Positions 7,790-16,200 are shown, counted from the stretch's first letter. The stretch: DNA of 22,184 bases from Candidatus Pacearchaeota archaeon (GCA_016181885.1 JACOYJ010000031.1:1-22184); one strand, 5' to 3'. The notes: generated by a model not told the origin, from the letters alone. Numbers and translations: made by a program.

Positions 7790-9277
7790 ATGACCGGCGA
7801 AAATATAGATGAAGACAAGGAATTTGATGAAGGTTTTGAAACATCCATCGAGCCCGGAGTGAAATCAAAGCTGCTTTTGCTTGATGAGTTTGATGAGTCA
7901 AAGGTTGCGCAAGAGTTTAGAGATTTTTTTGCGTCACTTCATCCAGAAGAAAAAGAAGCCAGGCTTTACGTTTATACTCCCGCGCACGTCGGTTCTTTGA
8001 ATTCGATGGGTCTTTTCGGAGACTTCTCACCATCTGTAATCTATTCTTCAAATAAGCATAATGAAACTCATCTGCCATTCAGAGAAAAAAACTTAAGGGA
8101 GTTCGGCTACAGCAAATTATGTCATTTATATTGCACTTTAGACAAGTCAATTATGTTCGGATTTTTTAACAGGCACATGGCTAAGAGCAAGGTTTTTAAT
8201 TTGAATTCTGCAGCTACAATACTCCATCGGCCAGACCTAGTTCTTGACGCCAAGCCTTTAGAAGATAAAGAAATTTCTCCAGAAGAAGTTGTTAATATTT
8301 TATTTGCAGTCAAGAAAAATGCAACAAAGCTTTTAAGGGAAGTCCAGACAGAATATTCAAGAACTTATGATTCTCTGGAAGAGAGCCACTCATTTAAATA
8401 TCCGAAAGCTCTTGAAGAATTGCTTGGCGATAATTTGTCAAGGATACTTCTTTACGGCTCGAGCGCAAGAGGAGATGGAAATGATTATGATAATCTTGTT
8501 GCAATAAAGAGCTTGCCGGATGATTTTTACACTAAAATTCGCGGAGTAAAACCAAATGAAAATGGAAAAGATGTCGGCATAATTTTTGTGCCTGAAAATG
8601 TTCTCGACAAATTTTTATATATCAACGTTAGCAACAGCATTTTTAATGAGCATTCAAAGCCGTTAAAAGGCGATTTTCATTTCCCTATCGAATCGGAGAG
8701 ATATAAGATTTGGAAGGAAATGTATCATGCCGGATTCGGCTCCGCAAAATTAATTTCAGGAATGAATTTGGTTTTTAGGGAGCCGGAAATTTTATTTGAT
8801 AAAGAGGGTCTTTTTGAGTATTTTATGAAGCTTAATAGATTTACTCTGCATGGATTAATGCAGGGAGGCGGAAGAGTAATGCCGTCAAAAGAAGAGCTTT
8901 TGGATATTTTGAAAGACGATTTCGATTATCCTATTCCAGAATTTAGGCCTGATGCTTCTTATCTGCAGGAATCTTTCTTAAAGGCGAACAAAGCGAGCGT
9001 CGCAATATCAAAAAAGATGTATTCTTCTGAACTTGCGCGCGAACCCAACGAGCACCTTTTGGTTTTAGAATCAAGGCGAAGCGGAAAAATTTTTACTTCA
9101 TCATATCGCGGAAAAAAAGTCTATGTTTTTGGAGGAAGAGAAAAAATGAGAAAAGGAGATGTTGTTCCAGCAAGGCTTTTAGTTTCAGGCGAAGAAGGGT
9201 ATTATTCAAGAAAAAACGAGCTTCATCATAGGGGAATAGATTCCTCAGATGATTTTTATATTGGGAGAAGATTGTAG
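7790..9277 (+). CDS. Multidomain protein with a central minimal nucleotidyltransferase (Pol-beta/MNT-type) core
   Basis: 495 aa. RILLYGSSARGDGNDYDNLVAI matches the hGSxARGxxxxxxDxD signature of MNT/KNTase-type nucleotidyltransferases. A further acidic strand follows at DVGIIFV. The acidic N-terminal region of about 210 aa and the C-terminal region of about 90 aa (KKVYVFGGREKMRKGDVVPARLLV) are unrecognised. Confidence 0.6.
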   Translation: MTGENIDEDKEFDEGFETSIEPGVKSKLLLLDEFDESKVAQEFRDFFASLHPEEKEARLYVYTPAHVGSLNSMGLFGDFSPSVIYSSNKHNETHLPFREKNLREFGYSKLCHLYCTLDKSIMFGFFNRHMAKSKVFNLNSAATILHRPDLVLDAKPLEDKEISPEEVVNILFAVKKNATKLLREVQTEYSRTYDSLEESHSFKYPKALEELLGDNLSRILLYGSSARGDGNDYDNLVAIKSLPDDFYTKIRGVKPNENGKDVGIIFVPENVLDKFLYINVSNSIFNEHSKPLKGDFHFPIESERYKIWKEMYHAGFGSAKLISGMNLVFREPEILFDKEGLFEYFMKLNRFTLHGLMQGGGRVMPSKEELLDILKDDFDYPIPEFRPDASYLQESFLKANKASVAISKKMYSSELAREPNEHLLVLESRRSGKIFTSSYRGKKVYVFGGREKMRKGDVVPARLLVSGEEGYYSRKNELHHRGIDSSDDFYIGRRL

Positions 9278-9489
9278 GTTTTTATTATTTTAGAATTATT
9301 TTCATTTATGTTTTTCCATATCCGAGTTTTTTCTCGTTAATCGTGTATTAATTGCTCCAAACCAAACTTCGTCAAGGTTCTCCGCATAAAACCATATTAA
9401 CTTGGATACGCTTTGATTAGCTTATGTTAAACTTGTTTGTATTAACATCACAAAAACATTTATAAAACATGAATTGCATTTTATATAAA

Positions 9490-9924
9490 ATGAAAACAGC
9501 TTACGTCTTTTTGGGCATTTTAGTTCTTGCTCTTGCTTTAGGCTTGGTTTTCTTGGCGGGCGGAGATGAAAAAAATCCAGGAAGCATAAATGGAGGAGTG
9601 GTTTCCGAAGATAGCAATTCTGAAAATGGAAATGTTGTGACCTTTGAAGTTTCCGGAAAAAATTTCAGATTTTTTAGGGATAATCTTGAAAGCCCGGAGC
9701 TCAAAGTAAAACAAGGCGATAGAGTAAGAATCGTTTTTACTAATGAAGAGGGTTTCCACGATTTTGTTATTGATGAATTTGCTGGAGCCAGAACAAAGCA
9801 GATTCCCGCAGGCAGTTCAGAAACAATCGAGTTTGCTGCAGACAAAGCAGGAACCTTTGAGTATTACTGCAGCGTTGGAAAGCACAGGGCTAACGGCATG
9901 TTTGGAAAATTAATCGTTGAGTAA
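9490..9924 (+). CDS. Membrane-anchored cupredoxin (type 1 blue-copper domain)
   Basis: Signal-anchor MKTAYVFLGILVLALALGLVFLAG. Copper ligands are His in EGFHDFVID and Cys/His/Met in YYCSVGKHRANGM. The track start at 9469 is in frame. I prefer 9490 because the TATA box TTTATAAAA at 9459-9467 is centred about 27 nt upstream of it, which fits a leaderless mRNA. Confidence 0.8.
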   Translation: MKTAYVFLGILVLALALGLVFLAGGDEKNPGSINGGVVSEDSNSENGNVVTFEVSGKNFRFFRDNLESPELKVKQGDRVRIVFTNEEGFHDFVIDEFAGARTKQIPAGSSETIEFAADKAGTFEYYCSVGKHRANGMFGKLIVE

Positions 9925-9942
9925 AAAGAACCAAGTTCAACG
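9915..9942 (+). terminator. Hairpin spanning the cupredoxin stop codon
   Basis: cgttgag (9915-9921) pairs with ttcaacg (9936-9942): 6 Watson-Crick pairs plus one G:U, with a 14-nt A-rich loop. Its function is uncertain. Confidence 0.25.
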
Positions 9943-10037
9943 CAATCCGCTTCCACTCGCTCCATTTACGAGGTGCGCGCCTGTCCTTCGGGCAATTTGT
10001 CAAAATCAAAGATTTTGAAATTATAATTTTCCACCCC

Positions 10038-10051
10038 AAAGAGACTCGCTT
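10038..10051 (+). promoter_or_regulatory. Shared 14-mer AAAGAGACTCGCTT upstream of the yhhQ TATA box
   Basis: An exact inverted copy lies at 11363-11376 upstream of the convergent 182-aa gene. Here it ends 43 nt before the ATG and about 13 nt upstream of the TATA box TTTTTATA (10064-10071). Confidence 0.35.
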
Positions 10052-10093
10052 AAATAATATAACTTTTTATACCTGTTATTCTTACCTTTAATC

Positions 10094-10774
10094 ATGGTAG
10101 AAAAAAGAGAATCTCTAAAATATTTTAGTATAATTTCTACTTTCTTTGTCGCTACAATCATGATTTCGAACACTGTCGCAACAAAACTTTTTAGTTTAGG
10201 TCCTTTAATCTTTACGGGAGGAATTTTAATTTTTCCAATAGCTTATATTTTTGGAGATATACTTACTGAAGTCTATGGTTATGCTCGTTCAAGAAAAATT
10301 ATTTGGACTGGTTTTATTGCTTTAATTTTTATGTCTTTGATTTATTGGCTTGTTGGCTTATTGCCTCCTGCTCCAGCATGGCCAAATCAAGAGGCATATG
10401 TCGCTGTTTTAGGTTTAGTGCCGAGAATTGTTTTAGCTTCAATTATTGGATATTGGGCAGGTTCATTTTCTAATTCTTTTGTTATGGCAAAAATGAAACT
10501 GTGGACCAAAGGTAAACATCTTTGGATAAGAACAATTGGTTCAACAATTGTTGGCGAGGGAGTAGATACAGCTATTTTTGTCTTAATAGCTTTCTGGGGA
10601 ATTGTTTCAGGAGGAATTTTAATTTTAGTAATAATTTCAGGTTATGCTTTCAAAGTTGCATACGAAATAATTGCAACACCAATAACCTATAAAATAGTGG
10701 GATTTTTGAAAAAAGCAGAAGGAATAGATGTTTATGATACAAATACAAAGTTTAGCCCATTTAATTTAAACTAA
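10094..10774 (+). CDS. yhhQ: Queuosine-precursor transporter, YhhQ/DUF165 (VUT) family
   Basis: 226 aa polytopic membrane protein. The block FPIAYIFGDILTEVYGYARSRKIIWTGF is characteristic of the family. Confidence 0.85.
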   Translation: MVEKRESLKYFSIISTFFVATIMISNTVATKLFSLGPLIFTGGILIFPIAYIFGDILTEVYGYARSRKIIWTGFIALIFMSLIYWLVGLLPPAPAWPNQEAYVAVLGLVPRIVLASIIGYWAGSFSNSFVMAKMKLWTKGKHLWIRTIGSTIVGEGVDTAIFVLIAFWGIVSGGILILVIISGYAFKVAYEIIATPITYKIVGFLKKAEGIDVYDTNTKFSPFNLN

Positions 10775-11314
10775 ATCCAATCTATAAACTCCAAATACAA
10801 TTTGGTTTTTTCCAGTAATTTCTTTTAACAATCTTGCTCCTTGATTAGTGACAGATCTTATAGAAGTTTCGTTTTTCCAAGGGAGGTGAGGAATAACACC
10901 TTGAATAGATTGATTTCCTTCAGAATTTTCTTTTAATCTTTCAAACAATCTACAAGCATAAGCTCCTCCAATAAATGTTTTTGGTTTTCTTACTGCTAAT
11001 TGGTCTATATAAATAAAATCTTCTCGTTGTTTTACGAAATAATTGAAGACCGCATCATCTCTTAATTGAGGTTCTTGTTCTATTAATTGTTTCACAAAAT
11101 CAGAATCATAAGCCATACAAAAACCCCCTAATTCTGAATCACCACAACCAACAAAAAATAAATCACTTTCACTTCTTTTTCTATATTGTTCTTCACTTAA
11201 AGAATAGTCATAAAATCCGAATTTTTTATCTGCGTCTTTTGAAGTTACAACTAATGAATCTGCCAATTTCTTAATTTGAGAAATATCCTTTGTTTGAACT
11301 TTTCTTATTTCCAT
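10766..11314 (-). CDS. Hypothetical protein, weakly GNAT-acetyltransferase-like
   Basis: 182 aa. FIYIDQLAVRKPKTFIGGAYACRLFERL loosely resembles GNAT motif A. The 3' end overlaps yhhQ by 9 nt (convergent genes). The TATA-like TTTTAAAAAATA (plus-strand 11334-11345) is centred about 26 nt upstream of the ATG. Confidence 0.4.
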   Translation of the reverse strand: MEIRKVQTKDISQIKKLADSLVVTSKDADKKFGFYDYSLSEEQYRKRSESDLFFVGCGDSELGGFCMAYDSDFVKQLIEQEPQLRDDAVFNYFVKQREDFIYIDQLAVRKPKTFIGGAYACRLFERLKENSEGNQSIQGVIPHLPWKNETSIRSVTNQGARLLKEITGKNQIVFGVYRLDLV

Positions 11315-11362
11315 ATTAAAAAGGTTTCTTTGGTATTTTTTAAAACTTGCTCTTTTGAAGTA

Positions 11363-11376
11363 AAGCGAGTCTCTTT
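11363..11376 (-). promoter_or_regulatory. Inverted copy of the 14-mer AAAGAGACTCGCTT
   Basis: The plus strand reads aagcgagtctcttt. On the minus strand it ends 49 nt upstream of the ATG at 11314 and just upstream of that gene's TATA box. Confidence 0.35.
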
Positions 11377-11387
11377 TCCACTCCTAT

Positions 11388-11410
11388 CTTCTTTTTTAGA
11401 AAAAAAGAAG
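11388..11410 (-). terminator. Perfect 10-bp hairpin with an oligo-T run
   Basis: cttctttttt-aga-aaaaaagaag. The T6 run reads the same on either strand. It lies downstream of the 11686-12039 gene, which is consistent with an archaeal oligo-T terminator. Confidence 0.35.
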
Positions 11411-11685
11411 CAAAAAATGGCGCGCATCTTAAATTTTATAGGATAACTAAAAGCCTACCTGAACAAAGAGAGATTTTAGAAATATTATTACGGAGAATTA
11501 GAAACTTGCTCTGTTTAATTTCGCACCCCATCTGCCTTCTCGCTTACGCTCTAATCGTTGAACAGGCAGTTCTTCTTATGACATCTCCTTTATTTGTTAT
11601 TTCTTATTTTTTTCTTATTCGTAACCATTAAAAACACCAAAAGATTATACTCTTCATGAAGGTGAAAATAACTAAAGATTCCATT

Positions 11686-12039
11686 TTAATTTATTTTTCC
11701 TAAACCATATATTATTTTATAATCCATTCCAGAAGCTTCATTAAGTTCAGGAACTATCCTTTCAACATCTTGTCTCAGTGAAGAATCAGAAATAAAAATT
11801 ATGCCATTATTAATATCCACAACTTTTTTTCTAAACATTCCAAATAGTCCAATGCTTTTAACAAGTGAAACATAACGTCCCCCCAGTCCATATTCTCCCA
11901 GATACATTATATCACTCTTTAAATCTCTTGAATGATTCGCTTCTATTAACTTTTTTGCAAGATGTTCGCTAATAACAAAGTCGGCATCAGAACCCTCAAA
12001 CCTTCCATTTCTTATATCATCTAAACTTTCCATAGTCAT
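11686..12039 (-). CDS. Hypothetical protein (117 aa)
   Basis: Clean ORF. I recognise no motif. Confidence 0.5.
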   Translation of the reverse strand: MTMESLDDIRNGRFEGSDADFVISEHLAKKLIEANHSRDLKSDIMYLGEYGLGGRYVSLVKSIGLFGMFRKKVVDINNGIIFISDSSLRQDVERIVPELNEASGMDYKIIYGLGKIN

Positions 12040-12092
12040 TCATAAAAACAAGTAATTTATAAAGATTTCCGTGATTTTATTATAGTAAATAA

Positions 12093-12524
12093 TCACTCAA
12101 CAATTATTTCGCCTTTCATATATTCATGCAGCTTGCAGTGATAAGCGTAAGTGCCGGGATTGTTAAATGTGTGTGAATACATCTGAGCCTTAGAAAGAAG
12201 GACTGAATTTAGTTCGCTCCCGGAATCAGAAGTAACTGAGTGCTGGATTCCTTCTGTATTCTGCCATGTTACAATGTCTCCAACCTTGACTCTCAGAGTT
12301 GTAGGTTTGTAGGAAAAGTCTTTGATTAGGACAGTATATTCAACTCCGCCTCCAGAGCTTGAACTGCTGGAGCTAGAACTTGATGAGCCAGAGCTTGAAC
12401 TTGAGCCAAGGTTATCTCCAGGAAGAACTTCATTTTTTCCAGGAAAAAAAAGCATTAATGCAACCGTGACAATTGCGAGAGTAATTACTCCGGCCAACAA
12501 TACATTTTTCATTCTGCTTTTCAT
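12093..12524 (-). CDS. Membrane-anchored cupredoxin with a poly-Ser linker
   Basis: Signal-anchor MKNVLLAGVITLAIVTVALMLFF, then the linker SSSSSGSSSSSSSSSSSGGG. The copper ligands His (GIQHSV) and Cys/His/Met (YHCKLHEYM, C-x2-H-x2-M) match the amicyanin/pseudoazurin type. Confidence 0.8.
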   Translation of the reverse strand: MKSRMKNVLLAGVITLAIVTVALMLFFPGKNEVLPGDNLGSSSSSGSSSSSSSSSSSGGGVEYTVLIKDFSYKPTTLRVKVGDIVTWQNTEGIQHSVTSDSGSELNSVLLSKAQMYSHTFNNPGTYAYHCKLHEYMKGEIIVE

Positions 12525-12660
12525 TTTAATTTAAGGCTAATGTCCTATAAAAATCTTGGGGTTTTCGACCAAACCACTTAAAAATAGTTATAAATGTTTA
12601 AATACTTATTTTCTATTTGACTTACGCAAAATACAACTGCTAGTAAGTTATAGTGGATTA

Positions 12661-12680
12661 ACATACAACAGGTTGTATGT
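12661..12680. promoter_or_regulatory. Perfect 9+2+9 palindrome ACATACAAC-AG-GTTGTATGT upstream of nrdR-nrdJ
   Basis: The arms are exact reverse complements. It sits in the divergent intergenic region directly abutting the tandem repeats. It is a candidate operator and does not fit the 16-bp NrdR-box consensus well. Confidence 0.3.
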
Positions 12681-12681
12681 A

Positions 12682-12880
12682 TTACGGGATAAAGATTTTC
12701 CTCAGAGGCAAAGAAAGAAAATTGCTTGAGGGATTCTAAAAACCGTAGGTCTTTACGGGATAAAGATTTTCCTCAGAGGCCGAGGTTATTGGGAAGCGAG
12801 AAGAGTTGTTTATATATAACGACTTCACAATGGCCGAGCAGAAAAGAAGTTGCTTGAGGGAATCTTAAAACCGTAGGTTT
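12682..12880 (+). repeat. Two degenerate tandem copies of the nrdR 5' coding segment (units 12682-12752 and 12753-12880)
   Basis: The 28-mer ttacgggataaagattttcctcagaggc occurs exactly twice (12682-12709 and 12753-12780). The unit tails ttgcttgaggga.tct.aaaaccgtaggt also recur (12722-12750 and 12850-12878). Both parts align with the in-frame sequence directly upstream of and into nrdR (12881-12965: acgggattaaaacttctctcggaggc...gcttgaagtgcaaaaaacgctttac). Unit 2 carries a 54-nt or so insert containing TTTATATATAA (12809-12819). Confidence 0.7.
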
Positions 12881-12941
12881 AACGGGATTAAAACTTCTCT
12901 CGGAGGCAAAAAAAAGAAGTTTAAGGAGGAGGCGGGAATGC

Positions 12942-13292
12942 TTGAAGTGCAAAAAACGCTTTACAACATATGAGAAAGTTGAAAAGCAGGAATTTTGGAT
13001 TATAAAAAAAGATGACCGGCGTGAAAAGTTTCAGCGGGAAAAACTTGAGAAGGGGATACATTTGGCTTTTGAAAAAAGGCCTGTAGCAAAAGAAAAGATT
13101 GACAAAATGATAAACGAAATAGAAGAACAGCTTAGAAAAACAGGAAAAAGAGAATTGAAGAGCTCAGTAATTGGAGAAATTGTTATGAAAAAAATGAAAA
13201 AAATTGACAATGTAGCTTACATAAGGTTCGCTTCAGTATACCGCGATTTCAAGGACATAAATGATTTCAAGAAGGAAATGAGGGAGCTGTAA
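12942..13292 (+). CDS. nrdR: NrdR-family protein reduced to an ATP-cone; the first half of the zinc ribbon is missing
   Basis: 116 aa from a TTG start. (L)KCKKRFTTYEKVE matches the second CxxC and the RFTTxE block of NrdR. IIKKDDRREKFQREKLEKGIHLAF and VAYIRFASVYRDFKD are the ATP-cone. The in-frame upstream sequence reads GNLKTVGLTGLKLLSEAKKRSLRRRREC after a TGA at 12855-12857, with no Met and no first CxxC. AAGGAGGAGG (12923-12932) lies 9 nt before the TTG. Confidence 0.7.
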   Translation: MKCKKRFTTYEKVEKQEFWIIKKDDRREKFQREKLEKGIHLAFEKRPVAKEKIDKMINEIEEQLRKTGKRELKSSVIGEIVMKKMKKIDNVAYIRFASVYRDFKDINDFKKEMREL

Positions 13293-13293
13293 A

Positions 13294-16200
13294 ATGCCGG
13301 AAGAATTTTTAGACTATAAAACCGCTTTGGGAATGCGCATAGAGTTGTCAAAATACGCCAGGGATAATATGAATATCAGTTCTAATGCAAGATTTGTTTT
13401 TGAAAATGTTTATATGAGGAGCTTGGAGAACGGAGAAAGAGAAGATGTTTCCGACAGAATGGCTGCAATTGCCGTCGATATTGCAAGTGCAGAGATGAAA
13501 TACCTCCCAAAGGATATGCCTTATGAAAAAAAAATTGAGGCAGTTAAAGATAGAGCATTAAAGAATCTTGAGCTTTATGTTTCAAATGATTTTAGAGCTA
13601 ATACTCCGACGAATTTGAACATGGGAAGATGGGTTGCTAAATACAATGAAGACGGAGATCTTGCTGGGAGATATAGTCAGGCAAAACAGCTCGGCTCTGC
13701 TTGTTTTGTTATTCCCATTGAGGACACGTTTGGCCGCGATGTCTCGAATCTTGAAGATGGAATTCTTGAAGCATGGGTGACTCAGCAGTTAGTTCACAAG
13801 GGCGGCGGAGGGACTGGTTTTTCTTTTCAAAGACTAAGGCCAAAAGGCTCTATAATAGGATATAATCCAGCTGTCGATGGAATGCATTCAATTTCCTGGG
13901 ATGGAAGAAGGGGGGTTTCTTCAGGATTCGAATCTTTTTTAGAATCTTATTATAATGCATCTACAGAAGCGGTTAAGCAGGGAAACAGCAGACGGGGGGC
14001 AAACATGGGAATTCAGAGAATAGATCACATGGATTTTTTAGATCATATGTTTGCAAAATTTGGCAGGGACGTTGAAAGATCTGAGTGGAGGATAAAGAAT
14101 TTCAATTTGAGCCTTGCAGTTACAGATGAATTCATGGAGGCTGCTGAAAAAGGGCACACCTACACTCTTTTTAATCCACACAGGGCCAGACCAGAAATAA
14201 AAAGAGTTTTGGAAAAAAAGTTTGGAATTGAAAATCCTGAAGTGGTGAGGAAACAAGACATCGCAACTAGAGAACAATTTGAGTCAATAATAAATAGAAA
14301 TAGCGAAAACTTGTTTGCACCATTGACGACGCCAAATATGTATTTAGATGATGACGGAACAACAGTGATTAATGCTTATACCGGGGATGCGATTGGAACA
14401 GTTGTCGATGATATTGTAAGAATAGAAACTAGAAAAGTTCTGGGTTTATTTGCAAAGTTATCTCACTCCAACGGCGAGCCGGGGATGATTTTTATAGACA
14501 GAATAAATGAGAATAACGCCGTTCTTTTTGACAGGGAGATAGAATCAACAAATCCTTGCGGTGAGCAGCCCCTGCCCCCATATGCTGCCTGCAATCTAGC
14601 ATCAATAAATGTTGGGAATTTCGCAAGATACGGGGTATTTGATTCAGAAAATAAAATAAACCTTGAAAAAAAAGTAATTGACAATAAATTTACTAAAATT
14701 GAGAAAAGGAAAGACGGGAAAATAGGAGTAATGTATTATGACTGGGATACTCTAAGAGAGAGGGTCAACGAAGGGGTTAGATTCTTGGATAATGTCGTTG
14801 ATAGAAGTGATTTCCCGGCAGATAAAGTGAATAAAGCTGTTTCAGAATTGAGAAATATAGGGCTTGGTTATATGGGTGTTTGGGATGCTATGGTTTTGCT
14901 GAAGATGAGATATGGCTCTGGAGAATCTTATGAATTTGCTGAAGAGTTGGCGAAGGTTTTGCACGATGACAGTTTAGTCGCTTCTAAAAAACTCGCAGAA
15001 GAAAGAGGAGAATTTCCATTATGGAAAAAAAGTGCGCACAATCCGGATTCAGATCTTTATCAATGGATTACTTCAAATCCGAGAGCGATTCCAGATAGAT
15101 TCAGGGGAGGAAGAAGATTAAGCGACATTGTTGACAGAGAAAATGGAATGAGGTGGGGGGAGGGAAAAGTAAGAAACGTTGCAAGAATTACTCAAGCGCC
15201 GACAGGCACAATAAGAAGAAGTGCGGGGCATAAAGATGAAAAGCTGAATTTGGATAATTTAGCAATATCGTCGGGAATAGAGCCTATTTTTTCAATCATC
15301 GAACAATCAAATATTTTAAATGCAAAAATAGAAGATTGGAGCAGTGCTGCAGTAAAAATTTTAGAAAGAGAAGGGCTTGATGTCAAGGAAATCATGGAGG
15401 CTATAAGAAAAAATAAGGGAAGCGTTTCTATTTATGGATACACAGGCCAGGAAGTTGCAAAAACTCTGGAGAAAATTCCGGAAAATGTCAGGAATGTGTT
15501 GGTGACTGCTGCGGGGGGGGAGGGCAATTATTATGAAATAACTCCGGAACAGCACGCAAGAATGTTGATAGCTTTTCAAAAATACAATGATAGCGCTACA
15601 AGCAAAACAATAAACCTGCCGGAATCAGCAACCCCGGAGGATATTAGGGAAGCTTGGATGAATCTTTGGAAGCTTGGAGCTAAAGGCGGAACAATTTATA
15701 GGGATGCAAGCAGAAGTTTCCAGATATTGAACAGAATCGAGCTATCGAAGCCAGAAGGACGCTCAAAAATAAGGCGGCCTTTAGTGCAAAACGCGATTGC
15801 ATTCGAATTTCCATACTTGTCCTCAAACCCAAGGCAGGGAATTGGCGATGAGGATTTTGATCCAGACAGGTGTTTTACAACCATAACTTATAATCCAGTT
15901 AACAAAGGAGTCACGGGAATTTTTCAGAACATTTCAGATGTTGACGCAGAGAGAATTTCTTTGTTAACAGACTTGAATAGGGACAAGTCAAGGGCATTTA
16001 AACAGGGAAGAAGTATAGACGAAGTAATTGAAGACCTTGAAAAAATAAACATTGGCGGAAACATAACTGGAATTGTCGTTGATGAAGCAGTTATGCCTGA
16101 AGGAAGCAAGGAAAGGAAGAGATTTGAAGTAAGAGGCTCGACGACGAGAGAAGCAGCGCTTAACTCATTGTATGTTATGAAGTTCTTGACAGATGGCGGA

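Noticed and set aside
9925-10093. preQ1 riboswitch upstream of yhhQ.
   Set aside because: There is no P1 hairpin followed by the A-rich tail and CUA/AAAAAACUA signature. The TATA box lies 26 nt from the ATG, which implies a leaderless mRNA with no room for a riboswitch.
12830-12868. Mini-ORF MAEQKRSCLRES, and the out-of-frame ATG at 12938 (MLEVQKTLYNI), as real small genes.
   Set aside because: The first is simply the decayed duplicate of the nrdR EAKKRS...CLKC segment. The second overlaps the nrdR start in another frame. Neither has independent support, although the 12938 ATG adds uncertainty about the true nrdR start.
12540-12940. Cobalamin riboswitch or canonical tandem NrdR boxes upstream of nrdR-nrdJ.
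   Set aside because: - I see no B12 box (GCCACUG-like) and no conserved riboswitch core.
- The TTATATATAA palindrome has its outer G/C in the opposite sense to the acaCwAtATaTwGtgt NrdR-box consensus, and it looks more like a TATA box.
- The 20-bp palindrome at 12661-12680 is longer than an NrdR box, so I report it only as a candidate operator.
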